A DNA stretch of 64,000 nucleotides from Myxococcota bacterium. GTDB taxonomy: Bacteria; Myxococcota_A; Polyangia; Polyangiales; Sandaracinaceae. Below are positions 16,915 to 27,327 of the stretch, in pieces. Every line of letters begins with the position of its first letter. The first letter of the stretch is position 1. The stretch spans positions 1-64,000 of the forward strand of contig JAYZQJ010000079.1 in NCBI GenBank assembly GCA_036149055.1, given 5' to 3'. The notes under the pieces are model-generated. The model was not told the origin of the DNA, did not search any database, and saw only the letters and a list, made by a program, of their open reading frames with translations. The position numbers were made by a program, and so were the translations under genes.

Positions 16915-18050
16915 GCGTCGGACTCCGGCGCGAGCTCCGGCAGGATCGCCCACAGCGCGGCGATGCAGTCGGAGGCGAGGTTGCGGCAGCGGGCGGGCGA
17001 CCACCCGAAGACCGGATCCGGGTGATTGGACGCGTCCTTGAACGGCTGCTCGAGCGTCATCGCGAGGCCGCCGAAGCGCTCCGCCACCCAGTTGGTGCAC
17101 AGGCGCAGGTTCGCTTGTCCGGGCGCGGCGGGCGCGTAGCCGTGCTGCGTCTGGAAGTCGGGGCTGATGCGCGCGAGCGCGCTCCGGTACTCGGTCAGCC
17201 AGCCCGCCTGGCGCTCGGTGAGCGAGGGCACGCCGTCCGCGCCGGCGATGAAGTTGAACGGCAGCTCCTCGTCGCCGTGCACGTCGAGGCAGAAGTGGAC
17301 GCCGGTCGCCTCCATGCGCTGCCGCACGAGGTACACCTCGGGGCTCTTCTCCATCGACGGCTCCATCCAGGCGCGGTTGAGGTTCTCGCCGGCCGCGTTG
17401 GTGCGGAGGTGCCCGCGGCGGCTGCCGTCGGGGTTCATGTTGGGCACGACGTGGAAGGTCGCGGCCTCGCGGAGTCGGCGGGCGACCGGATCGGCGTCGT
17501 CGAGCATGCGGGCGAGGAAGCCCTCCATCCAGTGCTCCGCCATGGTCTCGCCCGGGTGCTGTCGCGCGATCACCCAGGCCTGGAGCGGGCCCTCGCCGAA
17601 GCGGAGCAGATCGAGATCCTGCCCGTCGAGGGTGTGCCCGAGCGACTCGAGCGTGACCGAGGGGTGCTGCTGACAGCGGGCGATCAGATCGGCGTGGCGC
17701 TCCATCGAGAACGGCGCGAAGTAGGCGAGCCAGACCGCGTCCGCCCCGCCCGGGTGGCGGATGGTGAGCTGGGTGCCGTCGTACTCGGTGGGCACCCGCA
17801 CCCACTGCTTGCGGTCGGTCGAGGCCACCGCCCGGTAGCCCTCGTAGCCGGCGCGGTAGCTCCCCTCGTGCGCGTTGACGATGCGCACCGTCAGGGGCGC
17901 GCCCGCGTGCCCGGTCACCCGGAAGTAGAACCACTGCATGAAGCGGTCGCCGACGTCCTTGACGATCCGGACGCGCACGTCGTCCGGGCTGTCGGTCTGG
18001 ACCGCTTCTCCGTTTCCGCCGTCGAAGGCGCTGCTCACTCTGATCGACAC
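16911..18050 (-). CDS. M14-family cytosolic carboxypeptidase (CCP/Nna1-like)
   Basis: SSAFDGGN, WFYF, AYFAPFS, RQHPGE, MNPDG, NLNRAW, LDVHGDE, TLEQPFKD. Confidence 0.92.
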   Translation of the reverse strand: MSIRVSSAFDGGNGEAVQTDSPDDVRVRIVKDVGDRFMQWFYFRVTGHAGAPLTVRIVNAHEGSYRAGYEGYRAVASTDRKQWVRVPTEYDGTQLTIRHPGGADAVWLAYFAPFSMERHADLIARCQQHPSVTLESLGHTLDGQDLDLLRFGEGPLQAWVIARQHPGETMAEHWMEGFLARMLDDADPVARRLREAATFHVVPNMNPDGSRRGHLRTNAAGENLNRAWMEPSMEKSPEVYLVRQRMEATGVHFCLDVHGDEELPFNFIAGADGVPSLTERQAGWLTEYRSALARISPDFQTQHGYAPAAPGQANLRLCTNWVAERFGGLAMTLEQPFKDASNHPDPVFGWSPARCRNLASDCIAALWAILPELAPESDA

Positions 18051-18081
18051 GAGCGCGAGCATGCCACGTAAGCTGTGGTCC

Positions 18082-18432
18082 ATGCCCACCGCGCACGTCC
18101 ACTCCGACGCCCAAGTCTCCGACGAGGTCCGGGCCCGGTTCGCCACCGAGCTCTCCCGCGCCGTCGCCGAGGTCACCGGCAAGCCCGAGAAGTGGGTGAT
18201 GACCGTGCAGACCCCGGCCGCGCTCATGACCTTCGGCGGGGCCTCCGGCGCGAGCTGCTACGTGCGGGTCGTGAGCATCGGCGGCTTCTCGGCCGAGAAG
18301 GCGGCGACGCTGGTCGAGCGCATCTGTGCGCTCGTCGAGGCTCACCTCGAGGTGCCGGGCGCGCGGACGTACGTGGAGCTCTCGGACGCCGAGGCCCACC
18401 TCTTCGGTCACGCCGGTCGAACGTTCGCCTGA
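18082..18432 (+). CDS. MIF/phenylpyruvate tautomerase-family protein
   Basis: N-terminal Pro after Met, TGKPEKWVM, MTFGG, SIGG, RTYVEL. Confidence 0.85.
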   Translation: MPTAHVHSDAQVSDEVRARFATELSRAVAEVTGKPEKWVMTVQTPAALMTFGGASGASCYVRVVSIGGFSAEKAATLVERICALVEAHLEVPGARTYVELSDAEAHLFGHAGRTFA

Positions 18433-19676
18433 AGCCGCCGCGGCATCTCCGGCAGCGGGAGCGGGTCCGCGAGCAGGATCCCGCGATCGAGCCCGCACAT
18501 CGTGCGGAGCATGCGGGTGCGCACGTAGGGCAGGCGGCAGGCGAGGCCCATGAACGCGTCGCGGAGCCAGCCCAGCGGGCGCAGGTCGCTCTGGAAGAAC
18601 GGCGTCAGGAAGCGCGTCGCCCACTGGTAGTAGCCGAGGTGGTGGCGCCTCGTCCGCGAGTAGCGGGCCAGCCCGGAGGCGACGTCCTCGGCTCCCTCGA
18701 GCGCGTCGGCCAGCGCGAGCGCGTCGACCAGCGCGAGGTTGGCGCCCTGACCCAGCTGCGGGCTCGTCGCGTGCGCCGCGTCGCCCAGGTACACGACGCG
18801 CTCGGCGTGCCACGGAGAGAGCACCACGTCCCAGTAGCGCGCGAAGAGCACCTCGGAGACGTCGCCGATCTGCGCGAGGACCGGAGCCGCGCGCGGCTCG
18901 AGCGCCTCCAGCTCGGCCCGCCACGCGTCGAGCCCCGCGTCGCGGACGCGGTCGACCTGGTCGGCGCGCACCGACCAGAACAGGCTCACCCGCGGGGTCT
19001 CCCCGTGCGGCCCGAGCCCCGACGGCAAGAGCCCGAGCATCTGCCCGGTGCCGTCGACCCGCTGGAAGAGCTCGCGGTCGAACTCGCCTTCGGCGTCCTC
19101 GCCGATGAACCACAGCGCGCCCCACGGGTAGGCGGTGGCGCGCCGGGTCAGCCGGGTGTCGTCGCGGAGCTGCGAGCGCGCGCCGTCGGCCACGACCACC
19201 AGATCGTGCGGCCCGTGCCGCTCTCCGGCGCGATCCACCACGACGCGCCGGTCTCCGTCGAGGGCGAGGTCCTCCACCGCGACCCCGCAGCGAAGCGTGA
19301 CTCCGTCCTCTTCTCGGGCGGCGCCGAAGAGGGTCTCGAACAGCACGCCGCGGTGCAAGCCGAGCCCGAACGCGAGCGGGTGGAAGTCCGCGTAGCGGAG
19401 GTCGAGCACGGTGCGCCCGCGCCGGGTGAGGCAGCGCAGCCGGTCGATGGGGGCGCCGCGCGCGATCACCTGGTCCAGCAGCCCGAGCCGCGCGAGCGCG
19501 CCCATCCCGGTCGGCTGCACCGTGATCCCCGCGCCCACCGGCTCGGGCTCCGGCACCGCCTCGTACAGAGTCACCCGATGCCCCTGACGAGCGAGCGCGA
19601 TCGCGGCGGCGGCCCCCGCCGTGCCCGCCCCGATCACGCCCACCTCGAGAGAAAGCTTCCTTTTCGTCGCGCTCAC
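18408..19676 (-). CDS. FAD-dependent monooxygenase (aromatic hydroxylase family)
   Basis: VIGAGTAG, VVADGARS, GDAAHATSPQLGQGAN. Confidence 0.9.
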   Translation of the reverse strand: MSATKRKLSLEVGVIGAGTAGAAAAIALARQGHRVTLYEAVPEPEPVGAGITVQPTGMGALARLGLLDQVIARGAPIDRLRCLTRRGRTVLDLRYADFHPLAFGLGLHRGVLFETLFGAAREEDGVTLRCGVAVEDLALDGDRRVVVDRAGERHGPHDLVVVADGARSQLRDDTRLTRRATAYPWGALWFIGEDAEGEFDRELFQRVDGTGQMLGLLPSGLGPHGETPRVSLFWSVRADQVDRVRDAGLDAWRAELEALEPRAAPVLAQIGDVSEVLFARYWDVVLSPWHAERVVYLGDAAHATSPQLGQGANLALVDALALADALEGAEDVASGLARYSRTRRHHLGYYQWATRFLTPFFQSDLRPLGWLRDAFMGLACRLPYVRTRMLRTMCGLDRGILLADPLPLPEMPRRLQANVRPA

Positions 19677-19791
19677 TTCTCCGGTAGGATCGCACAACCG
19701 GGGCCCGCCCGTCCCGATGGGCGGCAGGAGGGGAGAGATGCTTGGACGAGCGGTGAGCACGGCCGCCCGGAGCGGCCGTTCTCGGTTCGCG

Positions 19792-21528
19792 TCAGGGCGC
19801 CGGCGCGCAGATGCTCGACCCACCGAACGGCTGGCACGAGTAGTCGGGCGTGCGGCAGTCGATGGCGACACGGCAGTCGTCGAAGCAGAGGTTGTTTCCC
19901 CCTGCCGCGAGGCAGGACGAGCCCGTCGAACAGGTACGCGTGGAGCACGTCTCGGTGCAGTATCCTCCGATCCAGTCCACCGACGGGCCGATGCATGCGC
20001 CGAACTGTCCGCCCGCGCAGTCGGTCTGCCAGCGGCAGGGGGTGCCGACGGCGCCGGTGCCGGTCGCCGCGGGCCAGCACTCGCTGACCGTGTCGCTGTC
20101 GCCGGTGTCGTAGCAGCGGTAGCCGTCCATGCGACAGTCGGCGTCGCTGCCGCAGGAGTCGACGCAGATGCCTTCGGTGGCCATCGCGCCGATGCTGCAG
20201 TGGCTGCCGGCCGGGCAGCTGGCCGGGCCAGTGCCGCCCGTCATGCAGCCGGTCAGGATGCAGTAGCCCTCGTTGAAGTCGTTGCGCGGGCGGCGGACGC
20301 AGACCGCGCGGTCACCGCCGGCGCAGTCGGAGACGCCGGTGCACGGGGCGCCGACGGCGGCGGTGCCGGTGCCGGCGGGCCAGCACTCGTCGCGCCCATC
20401 CGCGTTCGCGTCGAAGCAGGCGTAGCCAGGGCTGCGGCAGTCCGCGTCGCTCGTGCAGTCGGGCACGCAGGCGAGGAACGGCTCCATCGCGGTCCCGATG
20501 TCGGAGCAGTGGGTGTTCGTGGGGCAGTCGGTATCCACCATGCAGCCCGCCTGGTAGCAGTAGCCGTCGAGCCAGTCGCCGCCCTCGACGCAGCGCGCGT
20601 CGCCTCCGCCCGCGCAGTCCCAGACGCCGAGGCACGCGTCGCCGGGCGTGCCCAGGCCGGTGCCGGCCGGGCCGCACTCGTCCACGCCGCCTGCGTCTTC
20701 GTCCGCGTTGAAGCAGAGATAGCCGTCCGTGCGGCAGTCGGCGTCGCTCGTGCAGTTCAGGACGCAGGCGCCTTCGCCGCCGCCCTCCGGGATGAAGCCG
20801 CAGTGCTGGCCCGAGCCGCACTCGGAGTCGACCACGCAGCTGCGCGAGCAGTAACCCTGACGCCAGCCGATCGACTCACGGATGCAGAAGCCGTCGGCGG
20901 CGCCAGCGCAGTCGCTGTGGCTGGAGCAGGGGTCGCCAGTGGCGCCGGTGCCGCTGGCGATCGGCGCACACTCGCGAGTGCCGGCCTCGTCGTCGTCCTG
21001 GCAGGCGTAGCCGGGAGCGCGACAGTCGGCGTCGGTCGTGCAGTTGGCGACGCATGCCCCCAGCCGGGTGATGTCGTCGACGTAGGCGCAGTGCGAGCCC
21101 ATGCCGCAGTCGCCGTCGACGCGGCAGGTGTCGGTGCAGTAGCCGCCGTCCCAGGCGGTGTCGGCTTCGGTGAGGCACTCGCCGCGGCTGCAGCCGGTGT
21201 CGTCGCTGCAGGGGCCGCCGATGGGGCAGGGGCCGCAGTCGAGGGGCATGCCGCAGCCGTCGTCGCGCACGCCCACGCCGCACTCGCCGGCCGCGCACAC
21301 GTCCGGGACGCAGCCCGCGTCGGGCACGCCGGTGTCGGGGGCGCCGGAGTCGGTGTCGACGCCGGAGTCGGTGTCGACGCCGGTGTCCGGCGTGTCGCCG
21401 TCCTGCATCATCATCGTGCCCGAGTCGGTCGGCGTGACGCCGCTGTCCGCCGGGACGGACTCGCCGTCGCAGCCGGCCGCGCCGAGCGCGACACAGATCG
21501 AAGCCAAGAGCGCAGCGCGCTTGCTCAT
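19792..21528 (-). CDS. Cys-rich repeat lipoprotein (five ~90-100 aa repeats)
   Basis: Lipobox AAGC; DTG/DSG linker; repeated GYC..C, CTSDADCR..GY.C, EC.PAGTG. Confidence 0.85.
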   Translation of the reverse strand: MSKRAALLASICVALGAAGCDGESVPADSGVTPTDSGTMMMQDGDTPDTGVDTDSGVDTDSGAPDTGVPDAGCVPDVCAAGECGVGVRDDGCGMPLDCGPCPIGGPCSDDTGCSRGECLTEADTAWDGGYCTDTCRVDGDCGMGSHCAYVDDITRLGACVANCTTDADCRAPGYACQDDDEAGTRECAPIASGTGATGDPCSSHSDCAGAADGFCIRESIGWRQGYCSRSCVVDSECGSGQHCGFIPEGGGEGACVLNCTSDADCRTDGYLCFNADEDAGGVDECGPAGTGLGTPGDACLGVWDCAGGGDARCVEGGDWLDGYCYQAGCMVDTDCPTNTHCSDIGTAMEPFLACVPDCTSDADCRSPGYACFDANADGRDECWPAGTGTAAVGAPCTGVSDCAGGDRAVCVRRPRNDFNEGYCILTGCMTGGTGPASCPAGSHCSIGAMATEGICVDSCGSDADCRMDGYRCYDTGDSDTVSECWPAATGTGAVGTPCRWQTDCAGGQFGACIGPSVDWIGGYCTETCSTRTCSTGSSCLAAGGNNLCFDDCRVAIDCRTPDYSCQPFGGSSICAPAP

Positions 21529-21643
21529 CGTCATCCTCCCCTGCGCCGGTCCACCCACCGGCGTCTGCACGGGCTCCACACACGAGCCCTCGACCCCGGA
21601 TACGCAAAGAGGGACGCGGGAGCCCACGTCCCTGTGAGCGAAC

Positions 21644-22711
21644 TCAATTGCAGGTGATGTTCGCGCGGACCGCGCCGCCGGTGGCGATGGCGCGCTCGCA
21701 GGCGGCGCCGAAGAGGCTGAGCTGGGCGCGCCGATCGCTCGTCCAGTCCCAGCCGTCGGCGCGGGTCACGTCGCGCGGCACGGTCTCGCCGCCGACGAGC
21801 ACCTCGACGACGTCGTCCTCGTCCGGAGGGATCGGGACCGCGAACACGCACTGCACGAGATCGCGGGTGATCTCGGAGAGCAGGGACTCGAGCAGGCCCG
21901 GGTCGCTCGCGTCGTAGAAGCGGCGAGGCTCGCTGTCCGGGCGCGGCCGGCCGCCGGTGACCGCCATGACGTCGAGCAGCATCACCTCGGGCTCGGTGCT
22001 CGCGATGCCGACCACGTAGACGTCGATGCCGTGGTCCTCGTGCGCCTCGCGGATCACCTCGAGCGCCTCGGAGGTGGGCGACTCGCCGCAGGTCGGCGCG
22101 CCGTCGGTGGCGACGACGATGAACTGCGCGTTGTTGTCGTCGGCGCGGGCGAGCAGCGCGTCGAGCGCCTGGCGGGTGGCCACGGCGACCGGGGTGCCGC
22201 CGTTCGGGTTCCAGCGGCTGAACTGGCTGATCACGCCGGGCGCCCGGCCGGGGCCGATGTTCACGTCGAGGCCGCTGAACACGTCGCAGGGGCCCTCGTC
22301 GGCCCGGATCGACTGCGAGGGGAAGAACTTCGCGCCGACGCCGATCCGGTCGTCGAACACGCTCAGCGCGCTGCCCATGGCGCCCTCGAGGATCTCCCAC
22401 CGCGAGCGCTCGCCGCCGACCGGCGGGCTGCCGTCGAACGCCGCGAGCATCGAGCCCGAGCGATCGACGACGAAGACGACCTCGACCGTCGACGGGTCGA
22501 GGGCGACGATGCCGGGCACGCAGACGGGGGCCGCGTCGACCCCGGTGTCCACGCCGGAGTCGCGGATCACGCCGGCGTCCATGCCCGCGTCTTCTTCGGG
22601 CGGCACGGTGGCGTCGGGGAGCTCGAGGCCGAGGCCGGTCTTCGAGCCGCACGCGCCGAGGGCGGCGAGCCCGAGCAGGCACGCCGCGATCCGGGGGAGG
22701 GGGTCGCTCAT
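21644..22711 (-). CDS. vWA-domain lipoprotein (CglB-like)
   Basis: Lipobox LGAC; MIDAS DRSGS, GGTP, VATDGAPTC, VYVVGI; ATGA overlap. Confidence 0.85.
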   Translation of the reverse strand: MSDPLPRIAACLLGLAALGACGSKTGLGLELPDATVPPEEDAGMDAGVIRDSGVDTGVDAAPVCVPGIVALDPSTVEVVFVVDRSGSMLAAFDGSPPVGGERSRWEILEGAMGSALSVFDDRIGVGAKFFPSQSIRADEGPCDVFSGLDVNIGPGRAPGVISQFSRWNPNGGTPVAVATRQALDALLARADDNNAQFIVVATDGAPTCGESPTSEALEVIREAHEDHGIDVYVVGIASTEPEVMLLDVMAVTGGRPRPDSEPRRFYDASDPGLLESLLSEITRDLVQCVFAVPIPPDEDDVVEVLVGGETVPRDVTRADGWDWTSDRRAQLSLFGAACERAIATGGAVRANITCN

Positions 22712-23865
22712 TCTTCGTCGCAGAGGATGTCGGCGGTGACCGTACCACCGGTCTCGGTCACGCGGGCGCAGGCGCCGCCGAAGAGCGTGACCTCGCGGCG
22801 ATCGGGCCGGGTGAAGTCCCAGCCCTCGGTGCGGGTGCGGTCCTGCGGGATGAAGACGCCGTCGACCCGGAGCTCCACCGTCGCGTCGGCCGGGGGCACC
22901 GGGTCGAGATCGAAGACGCAGCGCGCGATGCTCTCGGTGATCGTGGTCAGCGCGCCGCTGAGGTCGTCGATGTCGCGCACGCTGTAGAAGCGCCGTCCGT
23001 CGCCGTCGTCCCGCGGGCGCCCGCCGGCGACCGCCATCTCGTCGAGCACGTCGGCGAGGTCGGGGCGGCTCGGATCGTCGATGCCGATCACGTAGACCGG
23101 GACGCCGAGGTCCTCGAACAGCGCGCGCACCACCTCGACCGAGCGCACGTCGTCGAGGCAGTTGTAGGGCGCGAAGGGCGACGCCGGATCGCAGAAGCGG
23201 TCGCGCGGGGTGCCGGTGCAGACGCAGCGCGAGGGCGGGACGCCGGTGTCCGGGTTGCAGTTGGGGCCGCCGTCGGTGGCGAGCACCACGAAGCGCGGGA
23301 TGCCGGGCGCCGGGCGGCTCTCGTAGAAGGCGCGGATCTCCTCGAGGGCGGCCGCGGTCGGGGTGCCGCCGGCCGGCAGGGTGGTGTCGAAGAACGAGAG
23401 CACGCGGGCGGCGTTGCCGCGGGCCGGGGTCACGTCGACGCCGTCGTCGACCACGCAGGCCTCCTCGGGGGTCTCGGCGCCCATGGAGTCGACGCCGGGA
23501 TAGAACTTCGCGCCGAGCTCCAGCAGCGGATCCTCGTCCGCGAGCAGGACCTCGCCGAGCACCTGCCCGAGCACCTCCCACCGCGAGGGCTCGAAGGGGG
23601 TCGGGTCTCCGCCGGCGAGGTTGTTCTCCATCGAGTTCGAGCGGTCGATCGCGAGGAAGACCTGAGCCCCGCGGCGCTCGAGGGCGATCGGCTGGGGCAT
23701 GCAGACCTGGGCGTCGGGGCCGCTGTCCATCGGCGCGTCCATGCCGGCGTCCTCCGGGAGGTCCGCGTCGGGGATCAGGAGCCCCGTCTTGGCGCCACAC
23801 GACGTGTCGAGCAGCACGCACGACGTGATCAGCAGCATCGACCCGAGCGCGGCACCCCTTCGCAT
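22708..23865 (-). CDS. vWA-domain lipoprotein, paralog of the downstream gene
   Basis: CGAKTGL after signal peptide; MIDAS DRSNS, GGTP, LATDGGPNC, VYVIGI. Confidence 0.85.
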   Translation of the reverse strand: MRRGAALGSMLLITSCVLLDTSCGAKTGLLIPDADLPEDAGMDAPMDSGPDAQVCMPQPIALERRGAQVFLAIDRSNSMENNLAGGDPTPFEPSRWEVLGQVLGEVLLADEDPLLELGAKFYPGVDSMGAETPEEACVVDDGVDVTPARGNAARVLSFFDTTLPAGGTPTAAALEEIRAFYESRPAPGIPRFVVLATDGGPNCNPDTGVPPSRCVCTGTPRDRFCDPASPFAPYNCLDDVRSVEVVRALFEDLGVPVYVIGIDDPSRPDLADVLDEMAVAGGRPRDDGDGRRFYSVRDIDDLSGALTTITESIARCVFDLDPVPPADATVELRVDGVFIPQDRTRTEGWDFTRPDRREVTLFGGACARVTETGGTVTADILCDEE

Positions 23866-23945
23866 GCTGCGAGCATAGAGGGTGATGAACGCGGGAGCAC
23901 GCGGACGCTTGCCGCCGCTCACGGCGACGGACTAGCTTCCGCCGG

Positions 23946-25640
23946 GTGAGCAAAGACAGCCGCGAGACGGACGAGAGCGCCGGCAACTTCGTGCGGGACA
24001 TCGTCCTCGAAGACCTCGAAGCGGGGCGACGGGAGCGCGTGGTGACGCGGTTCCCGCCGGAGCCGAATGGCTACCTCCACATCGGCCACGCGAAGAGCAT
24101 CGTGCTGAACTTCGGGCTGGCCCGCGAGCTCGGGGGCCAGTGCAACCTGCGCTTCGACGACACCAACCCCGAGAAGGAGAGCGTCGAGTACGTCGAGTCG
24201 ATCCAGCGGGACGTGAAGTGGCTGGGCTACGACTGGGGCGAGAACCTCTTCTTCGCCTCCGACTACTTCGAGCAGCTCTACGCGTGGGCCGAGCAGCTGA
24301 TCCGCGACGGTAAGGCGTACGTGGACAGCCAGAGCCCCGAGCAGATCAAGGCGGGCCGCGGCTCCTTCCACGAGCCGGGCGTGGAGAGCCCCTACCGGGA
24401 CCGGTCGGTCGAGGAGAACCTCGCGCTCTTCGCGAAGATGCGCGCCGGCGAGATCGGCGAGGGCGAGGCGGTGCTGCGCGCCAAGATCGACATGCAGTCG
24501 AAGGATCTGAAGCTGCGCGACCCGCTGATGTACCGGATCCGCAAGGTCCACCATCACCGGACCGGCGACGCGTGGTGCATCTACCCGATGTACGACTGGG
24601 CGCACGGTCAGTCGGACGCCATCGAGGGCGTCACGCACTCGATCTGCACGCTCGAGTTCGTCAACCACCGCGCGCTCTACGACTGGTTCCTGGAGGCGCT
24701 CGGCCAGCCCGAGCCCCCGAAGCAGTACGAGATGGCGAAGCTCCAGCTCGACCACGTCGTGCTCAGCAAGCGGCGCCTGCTGCAGCTGGTGGAGGAGGGG
24801 CACGTCGACGGCTGGGACGACCCGCGCATGCCGACGATCAGCGGGCTGCGTCGCCGCGGCTACCCGCCGGAGGCCATCGTGGCCTTCTGCGAGCGCATCG
24901 GCGTCAGCAAGAACAACACGACCGTCGATGTCGGCCTGCTCGAGCACTCGGTGCGCGAGGAGCTCAACGCCAAGACCCCGCGCTACATGGGCGTGCTCGA
25001 TCCGGTGAAGCTCGTGATCGAGAACTGGGAGGAGGGCGAGGTCATCGACTTCGAGATGGACTTCCATCCCGAGGATCCGAGCTTCGGCAAGCGGAAGGTG
25101 CCCTTCAGCGGGGAGCTGTGGATCGAGCGCGAGGACTTCCTCGAGGAGGCGCCGCGCAAGTGGTTCCGGCTCTCGCCGGGCAAGGAGGTCCGCCTCCGCT
25201 ACGCGGCGCTCGTGACCTGCACCGGGTTCGAGAAGGACGAGGACGGCAACGTCACGCTCATTCGCTGCACCTGGGACCCGGAGAGCAAGGGCGGCCGCTC
25301 CCCGGACGGGCGCAAGGTGAAGGGCACGCTGCACTGGGTCAGCGCGGCGCACGCGGTCGACGCGGAGGTGCGGCTCTACGACCGCCTCTTCACCGACCCG
25401 AACCCCACCGGCCACGGCGACAAGTCGTTCCTCGAGTTCCTCAACGCCGACTCGAAGGAGGTGCGCCCCGGCTGCAAGCTCGAGCCGGCGGCGGCGGAGC
25501 TCGAGGCGGGGACGCGCTTCCAGCTCGAGCGGCTGGGCTACTTCGTGGCCGACGAGGTCGACCACCAGAAGGGCGCGCCGGTCCTCAACCGCACGATCAC
25601 GCTCAAGGACACCTGGGCGAAGATCAAGGGCCGGCGCTGA
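23946..25640 (+). CDS. glnS: Glutamine--tRNA ligase
   Basis: [53 protein letters not shown]. Confidence 0.97.
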   Translation: MSKDSRETDESAGNFVRDIVLEDLEAGRRERVVTRFPPEPNGYLHIGHAKSIVLNFGLARELGGQCNLRFDDTNPEKESVEYVESIQRDVKWLGYDWGENLFFASDYFEQLYAWAEQLIRDGKAYVDSQSPEQIKAGRGSFHEPGVESPYRDRSVEENLALFAKMRAGEIGEGEAVLRAKIDMQSKDLKLRDPLMYRIRKVHHHRTGDAWCIYPMYDWAHGQSDAIEGVTHSICTLEFVNHRALYDWFLEALGQPEPPKQYEMAKLQLDHVVLSKRRLLQLVEEGHVDGWDDPRMPTISGLRRRGYPPEAIVAFCERIGVSKNNTTVDVGLLEHSVREELNAKTPRYMGVLDPVKLVIENWEEGEVIDFEMDFHPEDPSFGKRKVPFSGELWIEREDFLEEAPRKWFRLSPGKEVRLRYAALVTCTGFEKDEDGNVTLIRCTWDPESKGGRSPDGRKVKGTLHWVSAAHAVDAEVRLYDRLFTDPNPTGHGDKSFLEFLNADSKEVRPGCKLEPAAAELEAGTRFQLERLGYFVADEVDHQKGAPVLNRTITLKDTWAKIKGRR

Positions 25641-26235
25641 GGCGCGCGGCCTCCACCCGGTCGCGGAGCTGAGGCGCCCGCTGCTCGAGCAGCGGGAGCA
25701 GCGACGGCAGCGTCTCCGAGACCAGCTTCGCGTAGCTGATGGCGAAGAAGTAGGTGAGGTGCTGGAGGATCCAGGCGTCGAGCGCGGCGCCCGGGTCTCC
25801 GCCGCCCGCCTCGAGCTCGGCGAGCGCGGCGCGGCTCTCGCTCCGGAACAGCTCGACCTCGCGGAAGCCGAGCTCGGCGTGGAGCAAGAGGTGCATCCCC
25901 GCGCCGACGAGCTCGCGGTAGGTCGTCATCTGCGAGCGGACCATCAGGGCGGCGAGCTCCCGCGCCTCCGCGTCGTCGAGGCCCTCGTCGAAGCGGTACC
26001 GGCACGCGCCGTCGTCGTCCTTGGCGCGGAAGATCAGGAAGTGCGCGTCCGGGTGCCGCCGCGCCTGGTGAAGGATGGTCTCGTCGATCGCGCCCGGCTC
26101 GGTCGCGCCTCGCCGGGCCGCGCCCCGCAGCGCCGAGAGGCGATCCCGGCCGACGACGACCTCGCGGTCCGGCGTCACGATCAGCGCCTCGCGCGGCCCC
26201 CGCCGCGTCTCGATGACCTCGACTCGTAGGTCCAA
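25624..26235 (-). CDS. Hypothetical protein (203 aa)
   Basis: Globular composition, GC3-biased codons; no family recognised. Confidence 0.7.
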   Translation of the reverse strand: MDLRVEVIETRRGPREALIVTPDREVVVGRDRLSALRGAARRGATEPGAIDETILHQARRHPDAHFLIFRAKDDDGACRYRFDEGLDDAEARELAALMVRSQMTTYRELVGAGMHLLLHAELGFREVELFRSESRAALAELEAGGGDPGAALDAWILQHLTYFFAISYAKLVSETLPSLLPLLEQRAPQLRDRVEAARLSAGP

Positions 26236-26286
26236 GCGACCCCCCGAGGGTCAGGATGACGCAAGACCCCCTCACCGACAAACCCC

Positions 26287-27255
26287 TCACGGGCAGCGCG
26301 CGGACCGCGCGTACGATCGGCCGTCGGCCTCCCACGCCATCCAGAGCCGCTCGGCGTCGCCCCGGAGCTGCCCCGCGCGCGGCCCCTGGGCCACCACCAC
26401 CGGGTCGGCGCGCACGCCGAGGTCGGTGACCCGGCTGAGCCAGAGATCCCGCTCCGAGACGTAGAGGAGCGCGGTGGCGTCCGGCAGGCCGCGGGCGTCC
26501 ACGTCGCGGGGGCGAGCCCGCGGCTCGGTGGCGCGGGCGGTCGCGCTCCCCACGTGCAGCCACAGCCCGGTGCGGTCGCGCGCGCGGGCGACGAGGCGCG
26601 GGGTCTCGCCCACCGCGAGGGCGCGCGGGGTGTCGGGGGCCGCGGTGACCTCGACGGGCTCGCCGCCGCGCAGCGTCCAGAGCTCGGCGCCGGGCGCGGT
26701 CCAGGACGCGAACGCGCGCCGCCCGTCCGCGGCGAGCAGCGCGACCGCGCGCGGACCGACGCGCACCCGCCGCACCTCCTCGACGCTCGCGGTGAGCAGC
26801 TCGGCGCGCAGGAGCAGCAGCTCTCCTCCGGCGCGACCGAAGAGCCAGGCGCGATCGCCGGAGACCCGGAGCTGCGCGTCGACGAGCGCGTGGGGGAGCG
26901 ACATCCGGCGTCGCTCGGCGCCGTCTCGCCCGAGCGAGACGAGCACGCCTCCGTCGGCCACGCGGCCGGCGAGCAGCCACCCGTCGGCGGCGTCGTCGAG
27001 CGCGTCGACCCGGTCGAGCGGCACGGGGATCGGGGGGCGCTCCGCGTCGAGCACGTGGAGGGTGGGCGACGGGGCGTGGGTCACGAGCGCGTCGTCACCG
27101 AGCGCCGGGGCCTCGCCGTCGAACCCGCGCGTCGCCGACAGCGCGCAGCCCTCGAGCCGGGCCCGCGCGGCGGGGGGCTCGGGCTCGGCCACGTCCGGCG
27201 GATCCGGCTCGCACGCGGCGAGACAGAGCAGCGAGCAGGCGAGGGCGAGGCGCAC
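26287..27255 (-). CDS. Hypothetical lipoprotein, possibly beta-propeller-like
   Basis: Lipobox LAAC; short beta-strand pattern. Confidence 0.65.
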   Translation of the reverse strand: MRLALACSLLCLAACEPDPPDVAEPEPPAARARLEGCALSATRGFDGEAPALGDDALVTHAPSPTLHVLDAERPPIPVPLDRVDALDDAADGWLLAGRVADGGVLVSLGRDGAERRRMSLPHALVDAQLRVSGDRAWLFGRAGGELLLLRAELLTASVEEVRRVRVGPRAVALLAADGRRAFASWTAPGAELWTLRGGEPVEVTAAPDTPRALAVGETPRLVARARDRTGLWLHVGSATARATEPRARPRDVDARGLPDATALLYVSERDLWLSRVTDLGVRADPVVVAQGPRAGQLRGDAERLWMAWEADGRSYARSARCP

Positions 27256-27327
27256 CCGCGCATGGTCGGCGCAGAGGCGCGGCGACTTCAAGTGGACGCG
27301 GCTCCGGGTCGGTCCGAAGGTGTCGGC

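Noticed and set aside
16105..19695. Giant fusion ORFs from the track (also 2384-4465, 21644-24001, 44227-48357, 49371-51476)
   Set aside because: Only the 3' portions are coding; upstream parts are alternate frames of neighbouring genes, and the true starts overlap upstream stops.
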